Of a DNA stretch of 64,000 nt, positions 14,803 through 28,956 are shown piece after piece (the first letter of the stretch is position 1; the number at the start of each line of letters is the position of its first letter). The notes beneath the pieces are model-generated. The model saw only the letters and a program-made list of their open reading frames with translations, had not been told where the DNA came from and ran no database searches. Source of the stretch: Octopus bimaculoides (lineage: Eukaryota); NCBI RefSeq assembly GCF_001194135.2, contig NC_068990.1, forward strand, positions 1,788,634 to 1,852,633, given 5' to 3'. Made by a program: the position numbers and the translations under genes.

Positions 14803-15010
14803 GGCGGCGAGCTGGCAGAGTGGTTAGTGTGCTGGGCGAAATGCTTAGCGGTATTTCGTCTGCCACTACATTCTGAATTCAAATTCCGCCAAGGTCGACT
14901 TAGCCTTTCATCCTTTTGGGGTCGATTAAATAAGTACCAGTTATGCACTGGGGTTGATGTAATCGACTTAATCCCTTTGTCCCATCTATGTTTAGCCCCT
15001 TGTGGGCAGT
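14803..15010 (+). mobile_element. tRNA-derived SINE family D, young copy
   Basis: ggcggcgagctggcagagtggttag...ttctgaattcaaattccgccaaggtcgacttagcctttcatccttttggggtcgattaaataagtaccag. Related copies at about 13640-13750(+), 21385-21572(-), 24470-24645(+), 36460-36650(-), 44690-44870(-), 49768-49850(-), 62770-62950(-). Confidence 0.8.
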
Positions 15011-15260
15011 AAATAAATAAACTGATTGGAAGCCTGTCATTTACATGTATCTTTTATCTTTTACTTTTTATAATTGACTTGTTCCAGTCATTAGACTGTG
15101 GCCATGCTGGGGCAGTGCCTGAAAAATTTTAGTTGAAAGAATCAGCTTCAGTACTTACTTTTTAATTTCTGGTACTTAATCTATTGGTTTCTTATGTTGA
15201 AATACCAAGTTAAAAGGATGTTAATACAGCATCATCAGTTGTCAAGTGGTNNNNNNNNNN

Positions 15261-15314
<54 letters not shown>

Positions 15315-16026
15315 TATTAAAAGTCACAATACAATATGCTGGTGTCGTGTAACTAGTCTCCATGCTAGTGACATGTAAAATACAGGTTTCAAGTATTGGG
15401 CCTCATGGTGGTAATGACAAATGACCGAGACCTCTGGTAATATGCCATGCTTGGAGACCCATCATGCCAAGTGAAACTAGTTGTGGCAAATACTGATGTC
15501 TCACAACTGGCATCTGTGCCAGGGGCACATAAAAACACCTGTTACATGCTTAGAGTGGTTGGCATTAGAAAGGGCATCCAGCCATAGAAACCATGCCAAA
15601 TCAGGCTGAAACCTGGTGCAGCCCTCCAGCTGGCCAGCCCTGGTCAACCTGTCCAGCCCTGGTCAACCTGTCCAGCCCATGCTAGCATGGACTATAAAGA
15701 TTAAATGAGGATGATGATGAACTCTACGTATGTCTTTATATATATATATATGAGGTTTCTCGAGCGAGATGAGCGTGGCCGTTGCCAGTACCACCTGACT
15801 GGCCTTCGTGCGGGTGACACGTAAAAGCACCCACTACACTCTCTGAGTCGTTGGCGTTAGGAAGGGCATCCAGCTGTAGAAACTCTGCCAAATCAGATTG
15901 GAGCCTGGTGTAGCCATCTGGTTTCACCAGTCCTCAGTCAAATCGTCCAACCCATGCTAGCATGGACTATAAAGATTAAATGAGGATGATGATGAACTCT
16001 ACGTATGTCTTTATATATATATATAT

Positions 16027-16520
16027 NNNNNNNNNNNNNNNNNNNNNNNNNNNNNNNNNNNNNNNNNNNNNNNNNNNNNNNNNNNNNNNNNNNNNNNNNN
16101 NNNNNNNNNNNNNNNNNNNNNNNNNNNNNNNNNNNNNNNNNNNNNNNNNNNNNNNNNNNNNNNNNNNNNNNNNNNNNNNNNNNNNNNNNNNNNNNNNNNN
16201 NNNNNNNNNNNNNNNNNNNNNNNNNNNNNNNNNNNNNNNNNNNNNNNNNNNNNNNNNNNNNNNNNNNNNNNNNNNNNNNNNNNNNNNNNNNNNNNNNNNN
16301 NNNNNNNNNNNNNNNNNNNNNNNNNNNNNNNNNNNNNNNNNNNNNNNNNNNNNNNNNNNNNNNNNNNNNNNNNNNNNNNNNNNNNNNNNNNNNNNNNNNN
16401 NNNNNNNNNNNNNNNNNNNNNNNNNNNNNNNNNNNNNNNNNNNNNNNNNNNNNNNNNNNNNNNNNNNNNNNNNNNNNNNNNNNNNNNNNNNNNNNNNNNN
16501 NNNNNNNNNNNNNNNNNNNT
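16027..16520. other. Assembly gap (one of many N-runs), most abutting (TA)n tracts
   Basis: Similar gaps at 7047-7283, 12207-12583, 18927-19325, 26776-27048, 47555-47834 and elsewhere. Confidence 0.99.
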
Positions 16521-16829
16521 ACTATAGCCTCGGGCCGACCAAAGACTTGTGAGTGGATTTGGTAGACGGAAACTGAAAGAAGCCCATTGTATATATGTAT
16601 ATGTATATACATGTGTGTGTGTGTTCGTGTATCTGTGTTTGTCCTCCCCCCAACATCATTTGACAACCGATGCTGGTGTGTTTACGTCTCTGTAACTTAG
16701 CGGTCCGGCAAAAGAGACTGATAGAATAAGTCCTGGGGTCGATTTGCTCGACTAAAGGCGATGCTCCAGCGTGGCCACAGTCAAATGACTGAAACAAGTA
16801 AAAGAGTAAAAGAGATATGTCTCTGTGTG

Positions 16830-16905
<76 letters not shown>

Positions 16906-17091
16906 GAAAGAAGCCTTTCTACCCATCCTGCATAGCACTTGCCTTGGATAATCGAACTGCAACTGTAACATCCAATGTATATATTTATTTTTATGCTCTT
17001 ATTTCCTTTTATAATTCCTATATCTCTCGCTTTCCAAAATAACTTCTTGTATTGAACTCTACTATTTTCTTCTATTTAACCCTCTCATATC

Positions 17092-17139
17092 GTCTCTGAT
17101 GGAGGGATATCTCTTATATCCTTGAAACAGCTGTAAAAC
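17092..17139 (+). ncRNA. Type I hammerhead-like motif (A9G)
   Basis: GTCT-CTGATGG-AGGGATAT-CTCTT-ATATCCTT-GAA-ACAGCTGT-A-AAAC. Stem II 8 bp, 8-nt palindromic stem III, stem I 3/4. Confidence 0.75.
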
Positions 17140-17204
17140 TACCTTTCTCCTAATAAATGTCCTAGAAATTTCATACTACCTTGGCTTTGTTGTTTCATTT
17201 TATT

Positions 17205-17248
<44 letters not shown>

Positions 17249-17503
17249 ACACACACATGCACACACACACATAAACAATCAGACTCAATTTACCTCATAT
17301 TAAAAGATACCATCGTTTAATGAAACTTTCTCTGCCGCCATTTCCATATCTTTCACTCTATCTCCCCCAAAATGCATTTTGAATATATTTAATGATTCTG
17401 TTTTATTTGAACTTGGTTAAAGTGCTGTAGCTGCACATCAATGATATGTGTGTATGTGTACAGATAAACAAACAGAGAGAATCTATGTATGTACATATAT
17501 TTA

Positions 17504-17720
17504 TGAGGGAGTGCTGAAAAGTTCCTGGCTTTAGAGATATCGTGAAAGGCCTAGTTGGAGGCCCAGCCTTCTGAGTTCTTTTACAGGGCTTAGAAAACTT
17601 GAAGGACCACTCTAATAAGTGTGTGAATCTGAGAGGGGAATATGTTGAATCAAATCATAATTAACTGAGCCTCCTGTATTTTCTTCTACCCAAAGCCAGG
17701 AACTTTTCAGCATTCCCTCA
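17504..17720 (+). mobile_element. Complete mariner-derived MITE (217 bp)
   Basis: 29-bp TIRs (17504-17532 and 17692-17720) match 28/29, with TA on both sides. The interior encodes a mariner C-terminal remnant LQGLENLKDHSNKCVNLRGEYVE. Confidence 0.92.
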
Positions 17721-18082
17721 TATATCTGTGCACATACATACAAACATCTATAAGCACATACACTCACATATGCATACGTATATATACACATATATATCAT
17801 TGAGAGGGATGTATTGCTAGCAATATAGACATTGCTGTCTGTGCAATGGATGTCAAATAAATGTAGCTATATGTCATCAGATTATGGATATTCATTTATT
17901 TGCTTTTAGAACCATAACCACAATTAAGATACATACATTCATATAAATACATGTACGTATATATCTATATATATATGTGTGTGTGTATGTATATATATGT
18001 ACAAATTTATATATATATATATATATTCATACATGCATCTATAATATACATGTATATATGTATATGTATGTGTGTATATATG

Positions 18083-18123
<41 letters not shown>

Positions 18124-19325
18124 TACATGGAATATATATATATATATATATATACATGGAATATATATACATACATAAATATACACATATGCATACACAG
18201 GCACAGACACAAACAGACACAGATATACGGACACATACACGCACACGTTTATATTATACTGCCGTTTACCAATGTAGTCTGTGTTATAAGTTTATATTAT
18301 ATTACTGAGTTTGTCATACTTACTGTGGAACGTAATTTATTCTTTTCAATTATGGCAAATCCAATACACGACTAAAATCATGTGCAAAAATGAGAGTACT
18401 AATGGAGTGAGTGATTAAATTCGAATGAATATGTCCCCGCACTATCACCACCACCACCACCGCTGCCACCACCACTACCACTACCACTACCACCACTGCT
18501 AACAACATAATCATTTTTGTTTATGTCCACTTTCCCTTCTGTCATGGGTTGGATGTGTTGTGACAGTCTGAGTCATCCGTTACTAGCTGCTACTTCCACA
18601 GATTGCAAATCATGTATTACTTAGCCTCATTTCTACAGCTGCATGCCCTTTCTATCATTAACACTGAGAGGGATCTTCAAACCATGCAGCCATGTACCTA
18701 TTCTGTTCAGTTTACCAACCATTTTATGGATTATATTGGGTGCATGTAGATATCCTTCAGATATATATATATATATATTATTATTATTATTATTATTAAA
18801 TTTCAGGGTAGCCAAAAAGTTTAGAAATTCTATTTGCTACCAGTGGTCTAGCGAGAAGAAAATAACTAGTCAATAGACTATATATCATTCATATAAATAC
18901 ATACAGTGTATATTTTTATATATATANNNNNNNNNNNNNNNNNNNNNNNNNNNNNNNNNNNNNNNNNNNNNNNNNNNNNNNNNNNNNNNNNNNNNNNNNN
19001 NNNNNNNNNNNNNNNNNNNNNNNNNNNNNNNNNNNNNNNNNNNNNNNNNNNNNNNNNNNNNNNNNNNNNNNNNNNNNNNNNNNNNNNNNNNNNNNNNNNN
19101 NNNNNNNNNNNNNNNNNNNNNNNNNNNNNNNNNNNNNNNNNNNNNNNNNNNNNNNNNNNNNNNNNNNNNNNNNNNNNNNNNNNNNNNNNNNNNNNNNNNN
19201 NNNNNNNNNNNNNNNNNNNNNNNNNNNNNNNNNNNNNNNNNNNNNNNNNNNNNNNNNNNNNNNNNNNNNNNNNNNNNNNNNNNNNNNNNNNNNNNNNNNN
19301 NNNNNNNNNNNNNNNNNNNNNNNNN

Positions 19326-19635
19326 TGCCGGTGCCGCCTGACTGGCTCCTGTAGGATTTTCGAGCGAGATCGTTGCCGGTGCCCCTGGACTGGCTTGTGC
19401 GGGTGGCACATAAAAAACACCATTTCGAGCGTGGCCGTTTTCGTGCGGGTGACACGTAAAAGCACCCACTACACTCTCTGAGTGGTTGGCGTTAGGAAGG
19501 GCATCCAGCTGTAGAAACTCTGCCAAATCAGACTGGAGCCTGGTGTTGCCATCCGGTTTCACCAGTCCTCAGTCAAATCGTCCAACCCATGCTAGCATGG
19601 AAAGCGGACGTTAAACGATGATGATGATGATGATG
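19326..19635 (+). mobile_element. SINE-like family B, young copy with (GAT)n tail
   Basis: ...gagtggttggcgttaggaagggcatccagctgtagaaactctgcc...cccatgctagcatggaaagcggacgttaaacgatgatg. Other copies at about 15345-15720(+), 15752-15965(+), 21605-21765(+), 25725-25890(-), 28378-28575(-), 31870-32150(+), 40895-41200(-), 44350-44620(-), 49000-49160(+). Confidence 0.8.
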
Positions 19636-20716
19636 ATATATATTTGAACATACATACAGAGATCTATAAACACATACACACACATATGCATACATATATA
19701 TATACACATATATATCATTGATATGGATGTGTAGCTAGCAATATAGACATTGCTGTCTGTGCAATGGATGTCAAATAAATGTAGCTATATGTCATCAGAT
19801 TATAGATATTCATGTGTTTGCTTTTAGAACCATAACCACAATAGCCTACCCCTAACAAAAGCAGCCTTAAATATACAAGGATTTGATAAAACTAGTCTAT
19901 AAATTAAAACTGACCCCATATAAAAGTGACAAGCAAAATCTGTAACAAGTCTTTCTTCCTGATACCTTAGTAGCTTCTAAGTGGAAGGAAGGGCAACAAT
20001 GTTCTTTGTCTATCTCCTTAACTTCTTGGAGATTTGGGGCAAAAATATATTAATGTGTCCATCTGTTTTAATTTACTTACATTCTATGTCTTTGTGCAGC
20101 TGAGGNNNNNNNNNNNNNNNNNNNNNNNNNNNNNNNNNNNNNNNNNNNNNNNNNNNNNNNNNNNNNNNNNNNNNNNNNNNATATATATATATATATATAT
20201 ACATATATAGTTATGGTATATTTTGTTAAGAACCTGGTAGAGTACAGTATAGTGTTTGTCCACTTTCAGATTTTACCCTTGCATGTGTAACCAGCCATGA
20301 AAAACAAACCAACAGTACAAAGAAATCAAATGTCAATCCTTTTAAAATAACAACCATTTTAACTGTAGCAGAATTGCCATCCCACAACATCTATGCATTC
20401 AAAGCAGTTTTCCAATGGCCTTTCAGCAACAACACACCTTGATAAATTTAGTGGCTACTACTAACTTCAGGCCATGACAGATAGAGAGGATGCTCTTGAA
20501 GCTAAGAATTTGAACTTATGGACAAATTATTTACATATTGCCCGAGGAAAAATTAGATCTCATGATGCAAGGAAACAGTGGCATAATCAAGTACCAGCAC
20601 ATCTGGCAAACTATGTTGCAAAGAAACATTTATAGTGATTGAAAATATATGTCCAACTGTACTCCTTGTTGACTCTAAATTTTTTCAATTATATATGTTT
20701 GTTTGTTCGTGTGTGT

Positions 20717-20764
<48 letters not shown>

Positions 20765-20896
20765 AGAAGGTTGTTTGTTATGATGGGTCAGAGAGTGACC
20801 ATTGGTTTTGCACCTATAAAACACTTAGGTGTGTAGGCAACTTGTTAGATTTAAATGGACAGAGGCACATAACCTCTCTACAACTGGAAAGATATA

Positions 20897-20938
<42 letters not shown>

Positions 20939-21249
20939 ATGGAGCAATTATACAAAATGTATAAGTAGATGATGATTAAAGCACCGGCACAGTTTTGATT
21001 ACCTGTTGTTATCTGTAGATTTATTGTAGGAACATCGTAGTGATGGTTGAGATAACAGCATTAATAAAATAGGTGGATGGAATGAGTAAAAGATTTTATT
21101 TAGTATGACACATGTTTCGACCCGAGAAAATGATGGGATGAGCCATCACTGTTGTAAGTGTTAAGAGAAAAAAAAAACCCAGCAGAAGTTGAAAGGAAGA
21201 TAATACTTAGATGAATTTTTTTTTTGTATTTGTGCTTAGATGCACATAT

Positions 21250-21339
<90 letters not shown>

Positions 21340-24300
21340 CTGTTTACATATACATTTTTTTCTACTATAAGCACATGGCCCAAAATTTTTGTGGTGGGGG
21401 GGGTCCAGTCAATTATATCAACCCCAGTATGCAATTGATACTTAATTTATTGACCCTGATAGAATGAAAGGCAAAGTCAACCTTGGCGGAATTTGAACTC
21501 AGAATGTAAAGACCTGAAATACCACTAAGCATTTTGCCTGGTGTACAAACGTTTCTGCCAGCTCGCTGCCTTGTTTACATATACATTGGCAAAAGATATT
21601 TTGTAAAGTAGTTGGTGTTAGGAAAGGCATCCAATGGCAAAAACCATGCTGAAACAGTCAATGTAGCTTGGTGCAGTCACCTGGCTTTCCAGCTCCTGTC
21701 AAATCGTCCAAACCATGCCAGCATGGAAGACAGATGTTAAATGATGCTGATGATGATGATGATTTTTATTTTAATGTTGATGATAAATGAGAGGCATCCA
21801 TACAGTTTCCATCTATCCCATTCCACTCATCCAACTTTGGAAGGAACTACTTGCCCAATTAATTCTGGACAGTAAATTCAAACCTGGAACACATGATAAA
21901 CCAAACTTCTTAACCACATAGCTATTCTTGCACTCCTATACTTGCTGGAATAATTATTGAACCAGAATCTGTTTAGTGACTAATATTGTGATCCTGTTTT
22001 TCAGCACCAAACAATTATTTCTAGTTTGTTTTTAATGCACTATGTATTATATATATATATATATATATATATTAACTCTAAGTTAAAATGTAATCTTTTT
22101 AAAATGGTAAAAGTGAAGATAAAAGAATATATTTTGAATTGAGAATGCAATTTTATTTAATTTTATTCTCTCGTTTTTTTTTTTGTCTCAAATCTTGACT
22201 TTCTTGTTAATACATTTTTATCTCTGCAGATAAATCAGAATATATCACTTGATGCTATTCTTTAAATAAATTATGATTTAATTAGTTATTTTACAAAGGA
22301 TAATAATAAAGAAAAAAGAGTAACAAAATACTTTCTGATTAAGTTAAGACATTTCAAAATTAGCATAAGATAATTTAAAATTTTCTACTACATAAAATAT
22401 TAGCATTTAGATCTTTGTGGATTTCTTTTCGCTATTTGTTATTTCGAGGGAGAAGATTAAGTTAGTATTTGTATTATTGCAAATATTTTATCAAAGCTAT
22501 AAAAGAGAGAAACAAACAAATAAACACATAAACAAACAAATAAACAAACAAACAAACAAATAGAAAAACTTTCTCTTCTGAGTTGCACAGTGTTCAATGG
22601 GGAGATGGGTGTGGTTAGGTGTCTTTTAAATTCATTATACCAAAGTAACCAGTATAACTAACAAAATTTGTTTTTAATAAACCAAATTATCTCTGGTTGT
22701 CATTTTCACTCAACAAACCTGTCAAAGAAAATATATTCTATTAATGTTTCAGTCTTCTCTCTTTCTCTCTCTTCATTATCTATGTTATATGTTAATTCTC
22801 TACTTACGTACTGGGATGTATTTATTTAACGTTATATATATAGGAAAGTTTAGTTTACAGATTACTACATATTAAATGAATGTGCAAACACAAACACACT
22901 CACACATATATGCATGTGAATGCATGTATTTTTTATCTTCATCGTTCATTTGCTTCAGTCATTGGACTGTGGCCATGCTGGGGCACCACCTTGAAGGGTT
23001 TTAACTGAATGAGTGAAATCCAGTACTTATATATGTTTTTTTTTTTTTAAGCCTGGTTTTGATTCTATCAATCTCTAATGAACAACTAATTTACAGGAAC
23101 GTAAACAAACCAACACTGATTGTCAAGTGGGGGATGGGAGATAAACACACAAACATACACACAAACACACACATATATATAATTACACTCATACACACAT
23201 ATGGGTGAACGCATATGCACTACAGGCTTCTGTCAGTTTCTGTCTACCAAATTTGTTCAGAAGGCTTTGGTTGTCCTGTATCTGTAACAGAAAAAAACTA
23301 TTGTCCAAGGTACCATGCAGTGAGACTGAACCTGGAATTATATGGTTGGGAAGGAAACTTCTTACCGCACAACCATGCCTATGCATATCTACACAAATGT
23401 ACAAATTTATACTTGTGTATTGAGTTCAGTTTCTCTGCATATATAACACATAGTCATTTAAGAATCCACAAACCAGAAAAAATAGGCACTTGTATATTTG
23501 TCTATAATGTGAGTATATTAACCAAAGTATACAGTATTATAGATCCATTTCAGCTGGTCTTACCAAATGGTTTTGCATTGAGTATTAAATAACTAGATAT
23601 TAGATAGTAATGCGGTCATCTATAACCATACGGTTTTCAGAGATGACAGGTATGGAAAAAAATATTAAGACCATTCCTGCCATCTCCGAAGAGCTCATGG
23701 TTTTAGATAAGTGTTCTCTTATCTACTATCTTGTTATACCCTGTGTGAAACTGACTAGAAAATCAGTTGAAATGGGTCTATACTACTATATACTTTAAGA
23801 TATATATATATATATATATATATATGCATGCATGTATGTATGTATGTTTGTATGTATGTATGTATATATATATATGTATATACACTTACGTTCATATATA
23901 TATATATATGTGTGTGTATGTATATATATATATATATATATATGCATACATATGTGTGTGTGTGTGTGTGTGTGCGCGCATGTGTGTATATATACTTTAT
24001 TGTATGTTTAACATTTGATTTTTCATGCTAACATAGCTTGGACCAAAATTAATTTTGGGCCAGGATTTTATGGGTGTGCGCCCTTCTTGTTGCCAACCCT
24101 TACCTGCTTTGCATGTAAATTTTTATTCCATGGGCCTTTGACAGCACACAGTGATGTGTCATAGGGTCATCAAAAACTGCCAACATAAGTACCATTTCAC
24201 ATGCCTGTGGAGAGGAGGTTGAGTTGATGGCATATGGCCACCTTGAGAATAAGCAACACCTATATCATAATCTTCCAGATTACAAAATCCAATGAAATGC

Positions 24301-26677
24301 CTGCATGGATTGGACTGGATTGGATTGGATTACCTATGTTCAGTCTACTGCAGGACAAAGGCTTCCACATTTTCTCTCCATCAACCCTGATCTGATGTGA
24401 AGGCCATGAATTTGTACTCCATATCATACTAGTTTGATGAACCCTACTCTGCCACACTGGCTTGAAAGAGGAGCAAGCTGGCAGAAATGTTTACATCCCA
24501 GGAAAATGCTTAGTGGTGTTTCATCCATTCTTATGTTCTGAGTTCAAATTCTGCCGAGGTTGACTTTGCCTTTTATCCTTTCAGGGTTGATAGAATAAGT
24601 ACCAGTTGAGCACTGGGGTTGATGTAATCGATTTAACTTCCCCTGGGTAAGAGTATATAAAGTGCCTGAATAGAAATCATCCCACTATCTAATTCTATAC
24701 TGGGCTGGTTAGAGTCTGTCTTATGGAAAAAAAAAGCCAAGACCAATGAGGTTGGAAAAGCTTAGTAAAGCAAAAAATTTCAGGGCTTTAATGGCAGAAA
24801 TGTTGTGGGAGTCATCATCATCATCATCATCGTCGTTTAACGTCCGCCTTCCATGCTAGCATGGGTTGGTTTCACTTATTTTAGATTACATTATCTAATA
24901 TGGGCTTTACATTTTTAAAAGTGTGTTTTGAGAGAAATTTGACTGCTATTTCTGACTGTTTAAGTGACCGGGTAGAGACTCCACTTAACAGCTTATAGAT
25001 TAAATGTTAGTTCTGATAGTAGAATTCTTGCTGGCCTGAGATAAAATATTTAAATGGCTTCTCTTCATTACATCCAGAGCTTTTGGCTGACTTAAACATA
25101 ACACTGTGCTTGATGCTTCACTTCTATTATTCAGCATAGTGATATGATATCTATTTATAGCTAAGTGGACTTAGACCAACACAGTTAACTTGTCTTTGAC
25201 AGAAATATCACAGTGTCAATGGTGCAGTATGATGTGTCAGCAATTTGATAAATAATCTAGCTGTGCACTAAGAACCACCTACCTAGAAGAGTCTACATAT
25301 TATAAGCTAGAGTATACTAATCCTAATATATAAAAGTAAGCTGAAGTTGTAGTGATATGGTAAGACTAAAAGATTTACGATACATTCTTGTCTAATGAAA
25401 TGCAATTATTGAAAGATTTATTACATTCTGAGTGTAATGTAACTCAGCACAATAAACTTACAGTATCAGTATAAGTGTCCATATAGTTTGTTTCATTCCC
25501 AAATATATTTTGATGTGTAACAAATCCATTGGACAAATTCTGCTGGTAGCTCTAATCAAATCAGTTTTCTGTTGAACAAGTAAACAATGGTTTGCAGTTC
25601 ACTCTGAAACTGATCTGGCTTTATTCCTGCCCTGCCTTATTTTTTTACTGTAATGAATGTATGAATGTGTGAATTCTACATATTCTTTGTGATTTATAGA
25701 CTGTAGCCTTTAATACTGGTGAATCATCATCATCATCATCATCATCGTTTAACGTCCGCTTTCCATGCTGGCATGGGTTGGACGATTTGACTGAGGACTG
25801 GTGAAACCGGATGGCAACACCAGGCTCCAATCTGATTTGGCAGAGTTTCTACAGCTGGATGCCCTTCCTAGCGCCAACCACTCAGAGAGTGTTGTTTACA
25901 TAATTTATTTGAGATGAAAATATAAGTTTCATGTTAGAAAAATAACTGAAAATGTGTGGCTCATCGTTAGTTGGATCATGGGAATACCACTAAAGCAGGG
26001 TTCAACTATAGATGGGGGGCAACTGAGGTGACTTCGGTGGACATCAGCTCCATTGTTAAACATTTTAAAGCAGAGCATTATTGACTGCGCCACTTCACTT
26101 GACACCAATCCTTTTAGTTGTCTCTTAAGACCAGCAAAGATATAGATGTCCATATTTTAAGACAGCACTTTATGCACCACCACCACCACCACCACCGCCG
26201 CCGCTTTCAAATGATGCATACATGCATATGTACATACATACATACATACATGCATATATATATACATATATATATAATAAATAAATAATATAATATATAT
26301 ATATACATGCATATATGGGTACAGGGCGTCATCAATGGTGCAAATAACATGAAATACGTAAACAAATGAGGGGAAAATGAGTGAAATATGTAAACAACGA
26401 GAAAGAAATGGAAAACAGAAAAGGGACACTTCATTAATTGTCAGCCTTCTGTATTTATCTTTTACTTGTTTCAGCCATTAGAATGAATCAACCTCCGTAT
26501 CTTATTTTTAAAGCCTGCTACTTACTTATTTTATTAGTTACTTCTGCCAAACCGCTAAGTTCTGGAATGTAAACAGACCAAAACTGTCATGCAGTAGTGG
26601 GCGACACACACACACGCACGCATGCACGCACGCACAAACGCACACACGCACACACGCACACACACACACACACGCAC

Positions 26678-26713
<36 letters not shown>

Positions 26714-27200
26714 GTTTCTCTCAGTTTTTGCCTCCCAAATCCACTCACGAGGCTTTGGTCAAGCCAAGGCTATAGNNNNNNNNNNNNNNNNNNNNNNNNN
26801 NNNNNNNNNNNNNNNNNNNNNNNNNNNNNNNNNNNNNNNNNNNNNNNNNNNNNNNNNNNNNNNNNNNNNNNNNNNNNNNNNNNNNNNNNNNNNNNNNNNN
26901 NNNNNNNNNNNNNNNNNNNNNNNNNNNNNNNNNNNNNNNNNNNNNNNNNNNNNNNNNNNNNNNNNNNNNNNNNNNNNNNNNNNNNNNNNNNNNNNNNNNN
27001 NNNNNNNNNNNNNNNNNNNNNNNNNNNNNNNNNNNNNNNNNNNNNNNNTAACCAGCTGGAGGAGGTGTCCTCCTGTGGTTACAAATGGTAGTAACATTGG
27101 TTTGTACGGAACAGCCATGTTGAAGTGGTGATAAACATTACTTCTCAGTATAGTTACTACTTTCATCACTTATAGAGATTTCCTAACTACCTACTTCACT

Positions 27201-27254
<54 letters not shown>

Positions 27255-28727
27255 ATCTGTGTGTATGTATTTTTATATGTATGTATATGTGTGTGTGTAT
27301 ATATTTATATGTGTGTATGTATCTATGTCAATTTATATGTATGTATACTATGTATATATCGACAGCTTAATGTATTGTTTATTCAGTGTAAAGATTTTAA
27401 ATAAATGACTATGAGGTGTAGTAAAATGCAGCTGTTGTCCTCAAGAGTACCGCATAAACAAAGAATAAAAAGCAACAAGGTGAACTATGGAATGCAATTC
27501 CAGAAAATAGTAATGGAAGAACTACGTTAACAAGATATAAAACTTTTTGTTTTATATTGTGTTATGGTATTTTAAAGCCATAAAATAGTGCGTTCATTGC
27601 TGTGGCTCTTCCTACTTTTGTTATGCCAGTTCTTGCTTGTGGCTCCAAAGCACAAGTTGCTTGATTATAGTACTAGATGAGATCGCAGAAGTATGAGAGA
27701 AGCGCAATACATTGTAAGGACTAAACAAAATATACCTTGGACTTCAGTATGATTTGAGGGAGGTTTGGTAGCTTTTTTAATTGTGTTAGCCTAACATGGA
27801 TTGGTAAAAAAAAATAATAAAGTTACCTTCTTGAATCTTGCAGACTTATAAAGGCCAGTTTCCTGGTTTCGTGGTGTATATATTCCCCACCTGGTTAGGA
27901 CACCAGTCCATTACAGGATTACTCACTTTTGCTAGCTAAATGTACTGGAGTGACTGGGACAATGTGAAATGAAGGGTTTTTCTCAAGAATATAATGTATC
28001 ACCCAGTCCAGGAATTGAAACCACAGTCTTACAATCATGAGTCCAATGCCCTAACCACTAAGCCATGCACCCAACCACTAAATCACATGTAGTATGTAGT
28101 GGCTTCCTCATTGGCTCATACATTCATAGTATGCAAGCATAAAACTGAAGGGGGTGTGATTTCAAGGATATTTGTCTGGTGTTTCTGACAGATCAAGTTA
28201 CCATTATCCAATATGGCATCAACGAAAACAGAATAAACGAGATAAATAGAACAATCTAGAAAGACAGGTAACATTCCCAAATAGACTCATGTCCTAAGAT
28301 ATAAACTTTTGATAGGTAGATGGAAGTACAGTGTCAGGGATCAAGTTGTGGATGTGTGACAAAAGACTTTGAAACCTTCATCATCATCATCATCATCATC
28401 ATTTAGCATTCACTTTCCATGCTGGCATGGGTTAGACAGTTTGACTGGAACTGGTAAGCTGGAGAGCTGTACCAGGTTTCAGTCTGATTTGGCATGGTTT
28501 CTCCAGCCAGATGCCCTTCCAAATGCCAACCACTCCAAGAGTGTAGTGGGTGCTTTTATGTGTCACCAACATGGGTACCTTTCACAGGTTATATAATCGT
28601 TCTTAGATCATAGATCTATCATCATCTCACAGGGTCAATAGGCTGAAGCTTATCCTAGTGCCTATAAGTTATTAGCCACCAAAAATACAATATTCTTTTC
28701 CGAATGGGATACCAAGCCATCTCAGAA

Positions 28728-28956
28728 TTAACCTTTTAGTATTCAGATCACCCTGTCAAATGTGATGCTCATTTATTCACATTGTTTTGAATTAATCATG
28801 CATTTTCATGTAGCTTTGAGATTTCTCTGATGTGATTGTTTATTTTTAGAATGACATTGTAGGGAAGGTGTGAGAGGCTAAATCCAGTTGGTTTGCTTGT
28901 AAAACAGGCAGAATATTTTGAGCAGGAAATGGTCACTTTAAATGGTAAATGGTTAA
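28728..28956. mobile_element. piggyBac-type MITE (degenerate)
   Basis: TTAA at both ends (28728-28731 and 28953-28956), with degenerate TIRs ttaaccttttagtatt / aatggtaaatggttaa. Confidence 0.55.

Noticed and set aside
18633-18876. ORFs MPFLSLTLRGIFKPCSH... and the opposite-strand ORF
   Set aside because: The core sequence tttctacagctgcatgccctttctatcattaacact is a decayed SINE family B segment.
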